Of a DNA stretch of 64,000 nt, positions 1-13,600 are shown piece after piece. The translations under genes and the position numbers were made by a program. The stretch's first letter is position 1. Each line of letters starts with the position of its first letter. Origin of the DNA: the human T2T-CHM13v2.0 reference genome, Homo sapiens; the NCBI RefSeq assembly GCF_009914755.1, contig NC_060939.1, one strand, 5' to 3'. The notes beneath the pieces are model-generated. The model searched no databases. It was not told the origin of the DNA and was given only the letters and a program-made list of their open reading frames with translations.

Positions 1-628
1 TTGGATTCCATGCTATATCTATAAATTCAATTCGAGACCATTGCTTTTGAGTCCATTCTATATGATTCCATTCCATTCAAGTCCATTACATTTGGTTCAA
101 TTCCATTCCATTCCATTCCCTTCCATTCCATTCCATTTGATATCAATCCATTCGATTCCATTCCATTCGAGCACATTCCATTCGAGTCCATTCCATTCGA
201 TGCCATTCCATTTGATTCTATTCCATTAGTCTCCATTCAATTCCATTAATCTCCATTCCATTCCATTCTACTCCAACTGATTCCATTCCATTCCATTCCT
301 TTCCATTCCATTTCATTCCATTCCATTCCATTTCATTCCATTCCATTCCATTCGTGTCCATTCCACTCCAGTCTATTCCATTCGTGTCCATTCCATTCCA
401 GTCCATTCCATTTGTGTCCACTGCATTCCATTCCACTCCATTCCATATTATTCCATTACACTCCATTCCATTCTATTACTTTCATTTCCATTCAATTCCA
501 TTCCATTTGATTCCATTCCACTCGGTTTCATTCCATTTGAGTCCACTCCATTCCATTCCATTCCATTCCATTCAGTTCCATTCCATTCTGTTCCATTCCA
601 TTCCGTTCCATTACATTCCATTCCATTC

Positions 629-634
629 GGTACC
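629..634. other. KpnI site GGTACC, one per monomer (diagnostic restriction landmark)
   Basis: TTCGGTACCATT at 629, 2403, 16750, 63376 and at the equivalent position in the other monomers read. An EcoRV site (GATATC, first at 139) also recurs once per monomer. Confidence 0.93.
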
Positions 635-3600
635 ATTCCATATTGTTCCATTCGATTCCATTCGAATCCATTCCATTCCAGTCCATTCCATTCGATTCCA
701 TTCCATTCATTTCAATTCCATTCCATTCCATTCCATTACATTCCACTTGATTCCTCTCCATTCCCTTCCACTGCATTCCGTTCGATTCCATTCCATTGCA
801 TTGCATTCCATTCCATTGGATTGCATTCCTTTCGATTCCATTCCATTCGAATCAATTACATAGCAATCCATTACATTCGAGTCTATTCTCTTCCGTTCCA
901 TTCGATTTCGTTCCAATCCATTCGATTCCATTCCATTCGATTCCATTCCATACTATTGCATTCCATTCGATTACATTATATTCGAATAAGTTCCATTCAA
1001 GACCATTTCTTTTGAGTCCATTCTATTTGAGTCCATTCCCTTTGATTCCATAACATTTGAGTCCATTCAATTCCATTCCTTTCGTTTCCATTCCATTTGA
1101 TGCCATTCCATTCAATTCTGTTCTACTCGACTCCAATACATTCAATTCCATTCCATCCGATTCCATTACATTCTTTTCATTTCTTATCCATTTCAAGCCA
1201 TTCCACTCCATTCCATTCCACTCGTTTCCTTTCCATTCGAGTCCATTCCTCTCCAGTCCATTCCGTTCAATCCATTCCATTCCAGTCCATTCCATTCGAG
1301 TCCGTTCCATTCCAGTCCATTCCATTCGAGTCAATTCCATCCCATTCGATGTCTTTCCATAACGATCCATTCCATTCTATTCCTTTTGATTCCATTCCAT
1401 TCTATTTCATTCCATTCGATTCCCTTCCATTGGACTCCTTTCCATTCGAGTGCATTCCATTCCGTTCCATTTCTTTCCGTTCTGTACGATTCCTACCGTT
1501 CGATTTCATTTTGTTCCAGTCCATTCCTTTCGCGTCCATTCCATTCCATTTCACTCCATTCGATTCCATTCCACTCGATTCCACTTCGTTCCATTTCATT
1601 GCATTCCATTCTATTCAACTCTATTGCCTTCCATTCCATTCCATTCGATTACATTCCATGCGATTCCATTCGAAATCGAATCAATTACATTGCAATCCAT
1701 TACTATTGAGTCCGTTTTATTCCAGTCCACTGCATTCTGGTCCATTCCATTTGATTCCATTCCATTCTATTCCATTCCATACAGTTGCATTCCATTGGAT
1801 TCCATGCTATATCTATAAATTCAATTCGAGACCATTGCTTTTGAGTCCATTCTATATGATTCCATTCCATTCAAGTCCATTACATTTGGTTCAATTACAT
1901 TCCATTCCATTCCCTTCCATTCCATTCCATTTGATATCAATCCATTCGATTCCATTCCATTCGAGCACATTCCATTCCACTCCATTCCATTCGATGCCAT
2001 TCCATTTGATTCTATTCCATTAGTCTCCATTCAATTCCATTAATCTCCATTCCATTCCATTCTACTCCAACTGATTCCATTTCATTCTATTCCTTTCCAT
2101 TCCATTTCATTCCATTCCATTCCATTCGTGTCCATTCCACTCCAGTCCATTCCATTCGTGTCCATTCCATTCCAGTCCATTCCATTTGTGTCCACTGCAT
2201 TCCATTCCACTCCATTCCATATTATTCCATTACACTCCATTCCATTCTATTACTTTCATTTCCATTCAATTCCATTCCATTTGATTCCATTCCACTCGGT
2301 TTCATTCCATTTGAGTCCACTCCATTCCATTCCATTCCATTCCATTCAGTTCCATTCCATTCTGTTCCATTCCATTCCGTTCCATTACATTCCATTCCAT
2401 TCGGTACCATTCCGTATTGTTCCATTCGATTCCATTCGAATCCATTCCATTCCAGTCCATTCCATTCGATTCCATTCCATTCATTTCAATTCCATTCCAT
2501 TCCATTCCATTCCATTCCACTTGATTCCTCTCCATTCCCTTCCACTGCATTCCGTTCGATTCCTTTCCATTGCATTGCATTCCATTCCATTGGATTGCAT
2601 TCCATTCCATTCCATTCCATTCGAATCAATTACATAGCAATCCATTACATTCGAGTCTATTCTATTCCGTTCCATTCGATTTCGTTCCAATCCATTCGAT
2701 TCCATTCCATTCGATTCCATTCCATACTATTGCATTCCATTCGATTAGATTATATTCGAATAAGTTCCATTCAAGACCATTTCTTTTGAGTCCATTCTAT
2801 TTGAGTCCATTCCCTTTGATTCCATAACATTTGAGTCCATTCAATTCCATTCCTTTCGTTTCCATTCCATTTGATGCCATTCCATTCAATTCTGTTCTAC
2901 TCGACTCCAATACATTCAATTCCATTCCATCCGATTCCATTACATTCTTTTCATTTCTTATCCATTTCAAGCCATTCCACTCCATTCCATTCCACTCGTT
3001 TCCTTTCCATTCGAGTCCATTCCTCTCCAGTCCATTCCGTTCAATCCATTCCATTCCAGTCCATTCCATTCGAGTCCGTTCCATTCCAGTCCATTCCATT
3101 CGAGTCAATTCCATTCCATTCGATGTCTTTCCATAACGATCCATTCCATTCTATTCCTTTCGATTCCATTCCATTCTATTTCATTCCATTCGATTCCCTT
3201 CCATTGGACTCCTTTCCATTCGATTGCATTCCATTCCGTTCCATTTCTTTCCGTTCTGTACGATTCCTACCGTTCGATTTCATTTTGTTCCAGTCCATTC
3301 CTTTCGCGTCCATTCCATTCCATTTCACTCCATTCGATTCCATTCCACTCGATTCCACTTCGTTCCATTTCATTGCATTCCATTCTATTCAACTCTATTG
3401 CCTTCCATTCCATTCCATTCGATTACATTCCATGCGATTCCATTCGAAATCGAATCAATTACATTGCAATCCATTACTATTGAGTCCGTTTTATTCCAGT
3501 CCACTGCATTCTGGTCCATTCCATTTGATTCCATTCCATTCTATTCCATTCCATACAGTTGCATTCCATTGGATTCCATGCTATATCTATAAATTCAATT

Positions 3601-6600
3601 CGAGACCATTGCTTTTGAGTCCATTCTATATGATTCCATTCCATTCAAGTCCATTACATTTGGTTCAATTCCATTCCATTCCATTCCGTTCCATTCCATT
3701 CCATTTGATATCAATCCATTCGATTCCATTCCATTCGAGCATATTCCATTCCAGTCCATTCCATTCGATGCCATTCCATTTGATTCTATTCCATTAGTCT
3801 CCATTCAATTCCATTAATCTCCATTCCATTCCATTCTACTCCAACTGATTCCATTCCATTCTATTCCTTTCCATTCCATTTCATTCCATTCCATTCCATT
3901 GCATTCCATTCTATTCCATTCGTGTCCATTCCACTCCAGTCCATTCCATTCGTGTCCATTCCATTCCAGTCCATTCCATTTGTGTCCACTGCATTCCATT
4001 CCACTCCATTCCATATTATTCCATTACACTCCATTCCATTCTATTACTTTCATTTCCATTCAATTCCATTCCATTTGATTCCATTCCACTCGGTTTCATT
4101 CCATTTGAGTCCACTCCATTCCATTCCATTCCATTCCATTCAGTTCCATTCCATTCTGTTCCACTCCATTCCGTTCCATTACATTCCATTCCATTCGGTA
4201 CCATTCCATATTGTTCCATTCGATTCCATTCGAATCCATTCCATTCCAGTCCATTCCATTCGATTCCATTCCATTCATTTCAATTCCATTCCATTCCATT
4301 CCATTACATTCCACTTGATTCCTCTCCATTCCCTTCCACTGCATTCCGTTCGATTCCATTCCATTGCATTGCATTCCATTCCATTGGATTGCATTCCTTT
4401 CGATTCCATTCCATTCGAATCAATTACATAGCAATCCATTACATTCGAGTCTATTCTCTTCCGTTCCATTCGATTTCGTTCCAATCCATTCGATTCCATT
4501 CCATTCGATTCCATTCCATACTATTGCATTCCATTCGATTACATTATATTCGAATAAGTTCCATTCAAGACCATTTCTTTTGAGTCCATTCTATTTGAGT
4601 CCATTCCCTTTGATTCCATAACATTTGAGTCCATTCAATTCCATTCCTTTCGTTTCCATTCCATTTGATGCCATTCCATTCAATTCTGTTCTACTCGACT
4701 CCAATACATTCAATTCCATTCCATCCGATTCCATTACATTCTTTTCATTTCTTATCCATTTCAAGCCATTCCACTCCATTCCATTCCACTCGTTTCCTTT
4801 CCATTCGAGTCCATTCCTCTCCAGTCCATTCCGTTCAATCCATTCCATTCCAGTCCATTCCATTCGAGTCCGTTCCATTCCAGTCCATTCCATTCGAGTC
4901 AATTCCATCCCATTCGATGTCTTTCCATAACGATCCATTCCATTCTATTCCTTTCGATTCCATTCCATTCTATTTCATTCCATTCGATTCCCTTCCATTG
5001 GACTCCTTTCCATTCGAGTGCATTCCATTCCGTTCCATTTCTTTCCGTTCTGTACGATTCCTACCGTTCGATTTCATTTTGTTCCAGTCCATTCCTTTCG
5101 CGTCCATTCCATTCCATTTCACTCCATTCGATTCCATTCCACTCGATTCCACTTCGTTCCATTTCATTGCATTCCATTCTATTCAACTCTATTGCCTTCC
5201 ATTCCATTCCATTCGATTACATTCCATGCGATTCCATTCGAAATCGAATCAATTACATTGCAATCCATTACTATTGAGTCCGTTTTATTCCAGTCCACTG
5301 CATTCTGGTCCATTCCATTTGATTCCATTCCATTCTATTCCATTCCATACAGTTGCATTCCATTGGATTCCATGCTATATCTATAAATTCAATTCGAGAC
5401 CATTGCTTTTGAGTCCATTCTATATGATTCCATTCCATTCAAGTCCATTACATTTGGTTCAATTCCATTCCATTCCATTCCCTTCCATTCCATTCCATTT
5501 GATATCAATCCATTCGATTCCATTCCATTCGAGCACATTCCATTCGAGTCCATTCCATTCGATGCCATTCCATTTGATTCTATTCCATTAGTCTCCATTC
5601 AATTCCATTAATCTCCATTCAATTCCATTCTACTCCAACTGATTCCATTCCATTCTATTCCTTTCCATTCCATTTCATTCCATTCCATTCCATTTCATTC
5701 CATTCCATTCCATTCGTGTCCATTCCACCCCAGTCCATTCCATTCGTGTCCATTCCATTCCAGTCCATTCCATTTGTGTCCACTGCATTCCATTCCACTC
5801 CATTCCATATTATTCCATTACACTCCATTCCATTCTATTACTTTCATTTCCATTCAATTCCATTCCATTTGATTCCATTCCACTCGGTTTCATTCCATTT
5901 GAGTCCACTCCATTCCATTCCATTCCATTCCATTCAGTTCCATTCCATTCTGTTCCATTCCATTCCGTTCCATTACATTCCATTCCATTCGGTACCATTC
6001 CATATTGTTCCATTCGATTCCATTCGAATCCATTCCATTCCAGTCCATTCCAATCGATTCCATTCCATTCATTTCAATTCCATTCCATTCCATTCCATTA
6101 CATTCCACTTGATTCCTCTCCATTCCCTTCCACTGCATTCCGTTCGATTCCATTCCATTGCATTGCATTCCATTCCATTGGATTGCATTCCATTCGATTC
6201 CATTCCATTCGAATCAATTACATAGCAATCCATTACTTTCGAGTCTATTCTATTCCGTTCCATTCGATTTCGTTCCAATCCATTCGACTCCATTCCATTC
6301 GATTCCATTCCATACTATTGCATTCCATTCGATTACATTATATTCGAATAAGTTCCATTCAAGACCATTTCTTTTGAGTCCATTCTATTTGAGTCCATTC
6401 CCTTTGATTCCATAACATTTGAGTCCATTCAATTCCATTCCTTTCGTTTCCATTCCATTTGATGCCATTCCATTCAATTCTGTTCTACTCGACTCCAATA
6501 CATTCAATTCCATTCCATCCGATTCCATTACATTCTTTTCATTTCTTATCCATTTCAAGCCATTCCACTCCATTCCATTCCACTCGTTTCCTTTCCATTC

Positions 6601-9600
6601 GCGTCCATTCCTCTCCAGTCCATTCCGTTCAATCCATTCCATTCCAGTCCATTCCATTCGAGTCCGTTCCATTCCAGTCCATTCCATTCGAGTCAATTCC
6701 ATCCCATTCGATGTCTTTCCATAACGATCCATTCCATTCTATTCCTTTCGATTCCATTCCATTCTATTTCATTCCATTCGATTCCCTTCCATTGGACTCC
6801 TTTCCATTCGAGTGCATTCCATTCCGTTCCATTTCTTTCCGTTCTGTACGATTCCTACCGTTCGATTTCATTTTGTTCCAGTCCATTCCTTTCGCGTCCA
6901 TTCCATTCCATTTCACTCCATTCGATTCCATTCCACTCGATTCCACTTCGTTCCATTTCATTGCATTCCATTCTATTCAACTCTATTGCCTTCCATTCCA
7001 TTCCATTCGATTACATTCCATGCGATTCCATTCGAAATCGAATCAATTACATTGCAATCCATTACTATTGAGTCCGTTTTATTCCAGTCCACTGCATTCT
7101 GGTCCATTCCATTTGATTCCATTCCATTCTATTCCATTCCATACAGTTGCATTCCATTGGATTCCATGCTATATCTATAAATTCAATTCGAGACCATTGC
7201 TTTTGAGTCCATTCTATATGATTCCATTCCATTCAAGTCCATTACATTTGGTTCAATTCCATTCCATTCCATTCCCTTCCATTCCATTCCATTTGATATC
7301 AATCCATTCGATTCCATTCCATTCGAGCACATTCCATTCGAGTCCATTCCATTCGATGCCATTCCATTTGATTCTATTCCATTAGTCTCCATTCAATTCC
7401 ATTAATCTCCATTCCATTCCATTCTACTCCAACTGATTCCATTCCATTCTATTCCTTTCCATTCCATTTCATTCCATTCCATTCCATTTAATTCCATTCC
7501 ATTCCATTCGTGTCCATTCCACTCCAGTCCATTCCATTCGTGTCCATTCCATTCCAGTCCATTCCATTTGTGTCCACTGCATTCCATTCCACTCCATTCC
7601 ATATTATTCCATTACACTCCATTCCATTCTATTACTTTCATTTCCATTCAATTCCATTCCATTTGATTCCATTCTACTCGGTTTCATTCCATTTGAGTCC
7701 ACTCCATTCCATTCCATTCCATTCCATTCAGTTCCATTCCATTCTGTTCCATTCCATTCCTTTCCATTACATTCCATTCCATTCGGTACCATTCCATATT
7801 GTTCCATTCGATTCCATTCGAATCCATTCCATTCCAGTCCATTCCATTCGATTCCATTCCATTCATTTCAATTCCATTCCATTCCATTCCATTACATTCC
7901 ACTTGATTCCTCTCCATTCCCTTCCACTGCATTCCGTTCGATTCCATTCCATTGCATTGCATTCCATTCCATTGGATTGCATTCCATTCGATTCCATTCC
8001 ATTCGAATCAATTACATAGCAATCCATTACATTCGAGTCTATTCTATTCCGTTCCATTCGATTTCGTTCCAATCCATTCGATTCCATTCCATTCGATTCC
8101 ATTCCATACTATTGCATTCCATTCGATTACATTATATTCGAATAAGTTCCATTCAAGACCATTTCTTTTGAGTCCATTCTATTTGAGTCCATTCCCTTTG
8201 ATTCCATAACATTTGAGTCCATTCAATTCCATTCCTTTCGTTTCCATTCCATTTGATGCCATTCCATTCAATTCTGTTCTACTCGACTCCAATACATTCA
8301 ATTCCATTCCATCCGATTCCATTACATTCTTTTCATTTCTTATCCATTTCAAGCCATTCCACTCCATTCCATTCCACTCGTTTCCTTTCCATTCGAGTCC
8401 ATTCCTCTCCAGTCCATTCCGTTCAATCCATTCCATTCCAGTCCATTCCATTCGAGTCCGTTCCATTCCAGTCCATTCCATTCGAGTCAATTCCATTCCA
8501 TTCGATGTCTTTCCATAACGATCCATTCCATTCTATTCCTTTCGATTCCATTCCATTCTATTTCATTCCATTCGATTCCCTTCCATTGGACTCCTTTCCA
8601 TTCGAGTGCATTCCATTCCTTTCCATTTCTTTCCGTTCTGTACGATTCGTACCGTTCGATTTCATTTTGTTCCAGTCCATTCCTTTCGCGTCCATTCCAT
8701 TCCATTTCACTCCATTCGATTCCATTCCACTCGATTCCACTTCGTTCCATTTCATTGCATTCCATTCTATTCAACTCTATTGCCTTCCATTCCATTCCAT
8801 TCGATTACATTCCATGCGATTCCATTCGAAATCGAATCAATTACATTGCAATCCATTACTATTGAGTCCGTTTTATTCCAGTCCACTGCATTCTGGTCCA
8901 TTCCATTTGATTCCCTTCCATTCTATTCCATTCCATACAGTTGCATTCCATTGGATTCCATGCTATATCTATAAATTCAATTCGAGACCATTGCTTTTGA
9001 GTCCATTCTATATGATTCCATTCCATTCAAGTCCATTACATTTGGTTCAATTCCATTCCATTCCATTCCCTTCCATTCCATTCCATTTGATATCAATCCA
9101 TTCGATTCCATTCCATTCGAGCACATTCCATTCGAGTCCATTCCATTCGATGCCATTCCATTTGATTCTATTCCATTAGTCTCCATTCAATTCCATTAAT
9201 CTCCATTCCATTCCATTCTACTCCAACTGATTCCATTCCATTCTATTCCTTTCCATTCCATTTCATTCCATTCCATTCCATTTCATTCCATTCCATTCCA
9301 TTCGTGTCCATTCCACTCCAGTCCATTCCATTCGTGTCCATTCCATTCCAGTCCATTCCATTTGTGTCCACTGCATTCCATTCCACTCCATTCCATATTA
9401 TTCCATTACACTCCATTCCATTCTATTACTTTCATTTCCATTCAATTCCATTCCATTTGATTCCATTCCACTCGGTTTCATTCCATTTGAGTCCACTCCA
9501 TTCCATTCCATTCCATTCCATTCAGTTCCATTCCATTCTGTTCCATTCCATTCCGTTCCATTACATTCCATTCCATTCGGTACCATTCCATATTGTTCCA

Positions 9601-10699
9601 TTCGATTCCATTCGAATCCATTCCATTCCAGTCCATTCCATTCGATTCCATTCCATTCATTTCAATTCCATTCCATTCCATTCCATTCCATTCCACTTGA
9701 TTCCTCTCCATTCCCTTCCACTGCATTCCGTTCGATTCCATTCCATTGCATTGCATTCCATTCCATTGGATTGCATTCCATTCGATTCCATTCCATTCGA
9801 ATCAATTACATAGCAATCCATTACATTCGAGTCTATTCTCTTCCGTTCCATTCGATTTCGTTCCAATCCATTCGATTCCATTCCATTCGATTCCATTCCA
9901 TACTATTGCATTCCATTCGATTACATTATATTCGAATAAGTTCCATTCAAGACCATTTCTTTTGAGTCCATTCTATTTGAGTCCATTCCCTTTGATTCCA
10001 TAACATTTGAGTCCATTCAATTCCATTCCTTTCGTTTCCATTCCATTTGATGCCATTCCATTCAATTCTGTTCTACTCGACTCCAATACATTCAATTCCA
10101 TTCCATCCGATTCCATTACATTCTTTTCATTTCTTATCCATTTCAAGCCATTCCACTCCATTCCATTCCACTCGTTTCCTTTCCATTCGAGTCCATTCCT
10201 CTCCAGTCCATTCCGTTCAATCCATTCCATTCCAGTCCATTCCATTCGAGTCCGTTCCATTCCAGTCCATTCCATTCGAGTCAATTCCATTCCATTCGAT
10301 GTCTTTCCATAACGATCCATTCCATTCTATTCCTTTCGATTCCATTCCATTCTATTTCATTCCATTCGATTCCCTTCCATTGGACTCCTTTCCATTTGAG
10401 TGCATTCCATTCCGTTCCATTTCTTTCCGTTCTGTACGATTCCTACCGTTCGATTTCATTTTGTTCCAGTCCATTCCTTTCGCGTCCATTCCATTCCATT
10501 TCACTCCATTCGATTCCATTCCACTCGATTCCACTTCGTTCCATTTCATTGCATTCCATTCTATTCAACTCTATTGCCTTCCATTCCATTCCATTCGATT
10601 ACATTCCATGCGATTCCATTCGAAATCGAATCAATTACATTGCAATCCATTACTATTGAGTCCGTTTTATTCCAGTCCACTGCATTCTGGTCCATTCCA

Positions 10700-13600
10700 T
10701 TTGATTCCATTCCATTCTATTCCATTCCATACAGTTGCATTCCATTGGATTCCATGCTATATCTATAAATTCAATTCGAGACCATTGCTTTTGAGTCCAT
10801 TCTATATGATTCCATTCCATTCAAGTCCATTACATTTGGTTCAATTCCATTCCATTCCATTCCCTTCCATTCCATTCCATTTGATATCAATCCATTCGAT
10901 TCCATTCCATTCGAGCACATTCCATTCGAGTCCATTCCATTCGATGCCATTCCATTTGATTCTATTCCATTAGTCTCCATTCAATTCCATTAATCTCCTT
11001 TCCATTCCATTCTACTCCAACTGATTCCATTCCATTCTATTCCTTTCCATTCCATTTCATTCCATTCCATTCCATTTCATTCCATTCCATTCCATTCGTG
11101 TCCATTCCACTCCAGTCCATTCCATTCATGTCCATTCCATTCCAGTCCATTCCATTTGTGTCCACTGCATTCCATTCCACTCCATTCCATATTATTCCAT
11201 TACACTCCATTCCATTCTATTACTTTCATTTCCATTCAATTCCATTCCATTTGATTCCATTCCACTCGGTTTCATTCCATTTGAGTCCACTCCATTCCAT
11301 TCCATTCCATTCCATTCAGTTCCATTCCATTCTGTTCCATTCCATTCCGTTCCATTACATTCCATTCCATTCGGTACCATTCCATATTGTTCCATTCGAT
11401 TCCATTCGAATCCATTCCATTCCAGTCCATTCCATTCGATTCCATTCCATTCATTTCAATTCCATTCCATTCCATTCCATTACATTCCACTTGATTCCTC
11501 TCCATTCCCTTCCACTGCATTCCGTTCGATTCCATTCCATTGCATTGCATTCCATTCCATTGGATTGCATTCCATTCGATTCCATTCCATTCGAATCAAT
11601 TACATAGCAATCCATTACATTCGAGTCTATTCTATTCCGTTCCATTCGATTTCGTTCCAATCCATTCGACTCCATTCCATTCGATTCCATTCCATACTAT
11701 TGCATTCCATTCGATTACATTATATTCGAATAAGTTCCATTCAAGACCATTTCTTTTGAGTCCATTCTATTTGAGTCCATTCCCTTTGATTCCATAATAT
11801 TTGAGTCCATTCAATTCCATTCCTTTCGTTTCCATTCCATTTGATGCCATTCCATTCAATTCTGTTCTACTCGACTCCAATACATTCAATTCCATTCCAT
11901 CCGATTCCATTACATTCTTTTCATTTCTTATCCATTTCAAGCCATTCCACTCCATTCCATTCCACTCGTTTCCTTTCCATTCGCGTCCATTCCTCTCCAG
12001 TCCATTCCGTTCAATCCATTCCATTCCAGTCCATTCCATTCGAGTCCGTTCCATTCCAGTCCATTCCATTCGAGTCAATTCCATCCCATTCGATGTCTTT
12101 CCATAACGATCCATTCCATTCTATTCCTTTCGATTCCATTCCATTCTATTTCATTCCATTCGATTCCCTTCCATTGGACTCCTTTCCATTCGAGTGCATT
12201 CCATTCCGTTCCATTTCTTTCCGTTCTGTACGATTCCTACCGTTCGATTTCATTTTGTTCCAGTCCATTCCTTTCGCGTCCATTCCATTCCATTTCACTC
12301 CATTCGATTCCATTCCACTCGATTCCACTTCGTTCCATTTCATTGCATTCCATTCTATTCAACTCTATTGCCTTCCATTCCATTCCATTCGATTACATTC
12401 CATGCGATTCCATTCGAAATCGAATCAATTACATTGCAATCCATTACTATTGAGTCCGTTTTATTCCAGTCCACTGCATTCTGGTCCATTCCATTTGATT
12501 CCATTCCATTCTATTCCATTCCATACAGTTGCATTCCATTGGATTCCATGCTATATCTATAAATTCAATTCGAGACCATTGCTTTTGAGTCCATTCTATA
12601 TGATTCCATTCCATTCAAGTCCATTACATTTGGTTCAATTCCATTCCATTCCATTCCCTTCCATTCCATTCCATTTGATATCAATCCATTCGATTCCATT
12701 CCATTCGAGCACATTCCATTCGAGTCCATTCCATTCGATGCCATTCCATTTGATTCTATTCCATTAGTCTCCATTCAATTCCATTAATCTCCATTCCATT
12801 CCATTCTACTCCAACTGATTCCATTTCATTCTATTCCTTTCCATTCCATTTCATTCCATTCCATTCCATTCGTGTCCATTCCACTCCAGTCCATTCCATT
12901 CGTGTCCATTCCATTCCAGTCCATTCCATTTGTGTCCACTGCATTCCATTCCACTCCATTCCATATTATTCCATTACACTCCATTCCATTCTATTACTTT
13001 CATTTCCATTCAATTCCATTCCATTTGATTCCATTCCACTCGGTTTCATTCCATTTGAGTCCACTCCATTCCATTCCATTCCATTCCATTCAGTTCCATT
13101 CCATTCTGTTCCATTCCATTCCGTTCCATTACATTCCATTCCATTCGGTACCATTCCATATTGTTCCATTCGATTCCATTCGAATCCATTCCATTCCAGT
13201 CCATTCCATTCGATTCCATTCCATTCATTTCAATTCCATTCCATTCCATTCCATTCCATTCCACTTGATTCCTCTCCATTCCCTTCCACTGCATTCCGTT
13301 CGATTCCATTCCATTGCATTGCATTCCATTCCATTGGATTGCATTCCATTCGATTCCATTCCATTCGAATCAATTACATAGCAATCCATTACATTCGAGT
13401 CTATTCTCTTCCGTTCCATTCGATTTCGTTCCAATCCATTCGATTCCATTCCATTCGATTCCATTCCATACTATTGCATTCCATTCGATTACATTATATT
13501 CGAATAAGTTCCATTCAAGACCATTTCTTTTGAGTCCATTCTATTTGAGTCCATTCCCTTTGATTCCATAACATTTGAGTCCATTCAATTCCATTCCTTT

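Noticed and set aside
14-26. TATA-like element (TATATCTATAAAT) once per monomer; TATATATATAAAT in U14 and U26
   Set aside because: It is a short AT-rich variant homologous to the non-TATA segment TATATTCGAATAAG in the other subunit. There is no supporting promoter context or transcript evidence.
981-994. Possible heat-shock element (TTCGAATAAGTTCC), and GAAATTC in the U28-type variant
   Set aside because: GAA/TTC spacing does not fit the canonical three alternating nGAAn units.
1097-2023. 308 aa ORF, its copies in most monomers, and all other + strand (FHSIP-rich) and - strand (MEWNG-rich) ORFs
   Set aside because: These are translations of a stop-poor pentamer repeat, open in several frames at once, with no domain-like content. 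Many use non-ATG starts, and they are freely broken by stops or frameshifts in other monomers (e.g. U10, U16, U27-U29, U31, U32).
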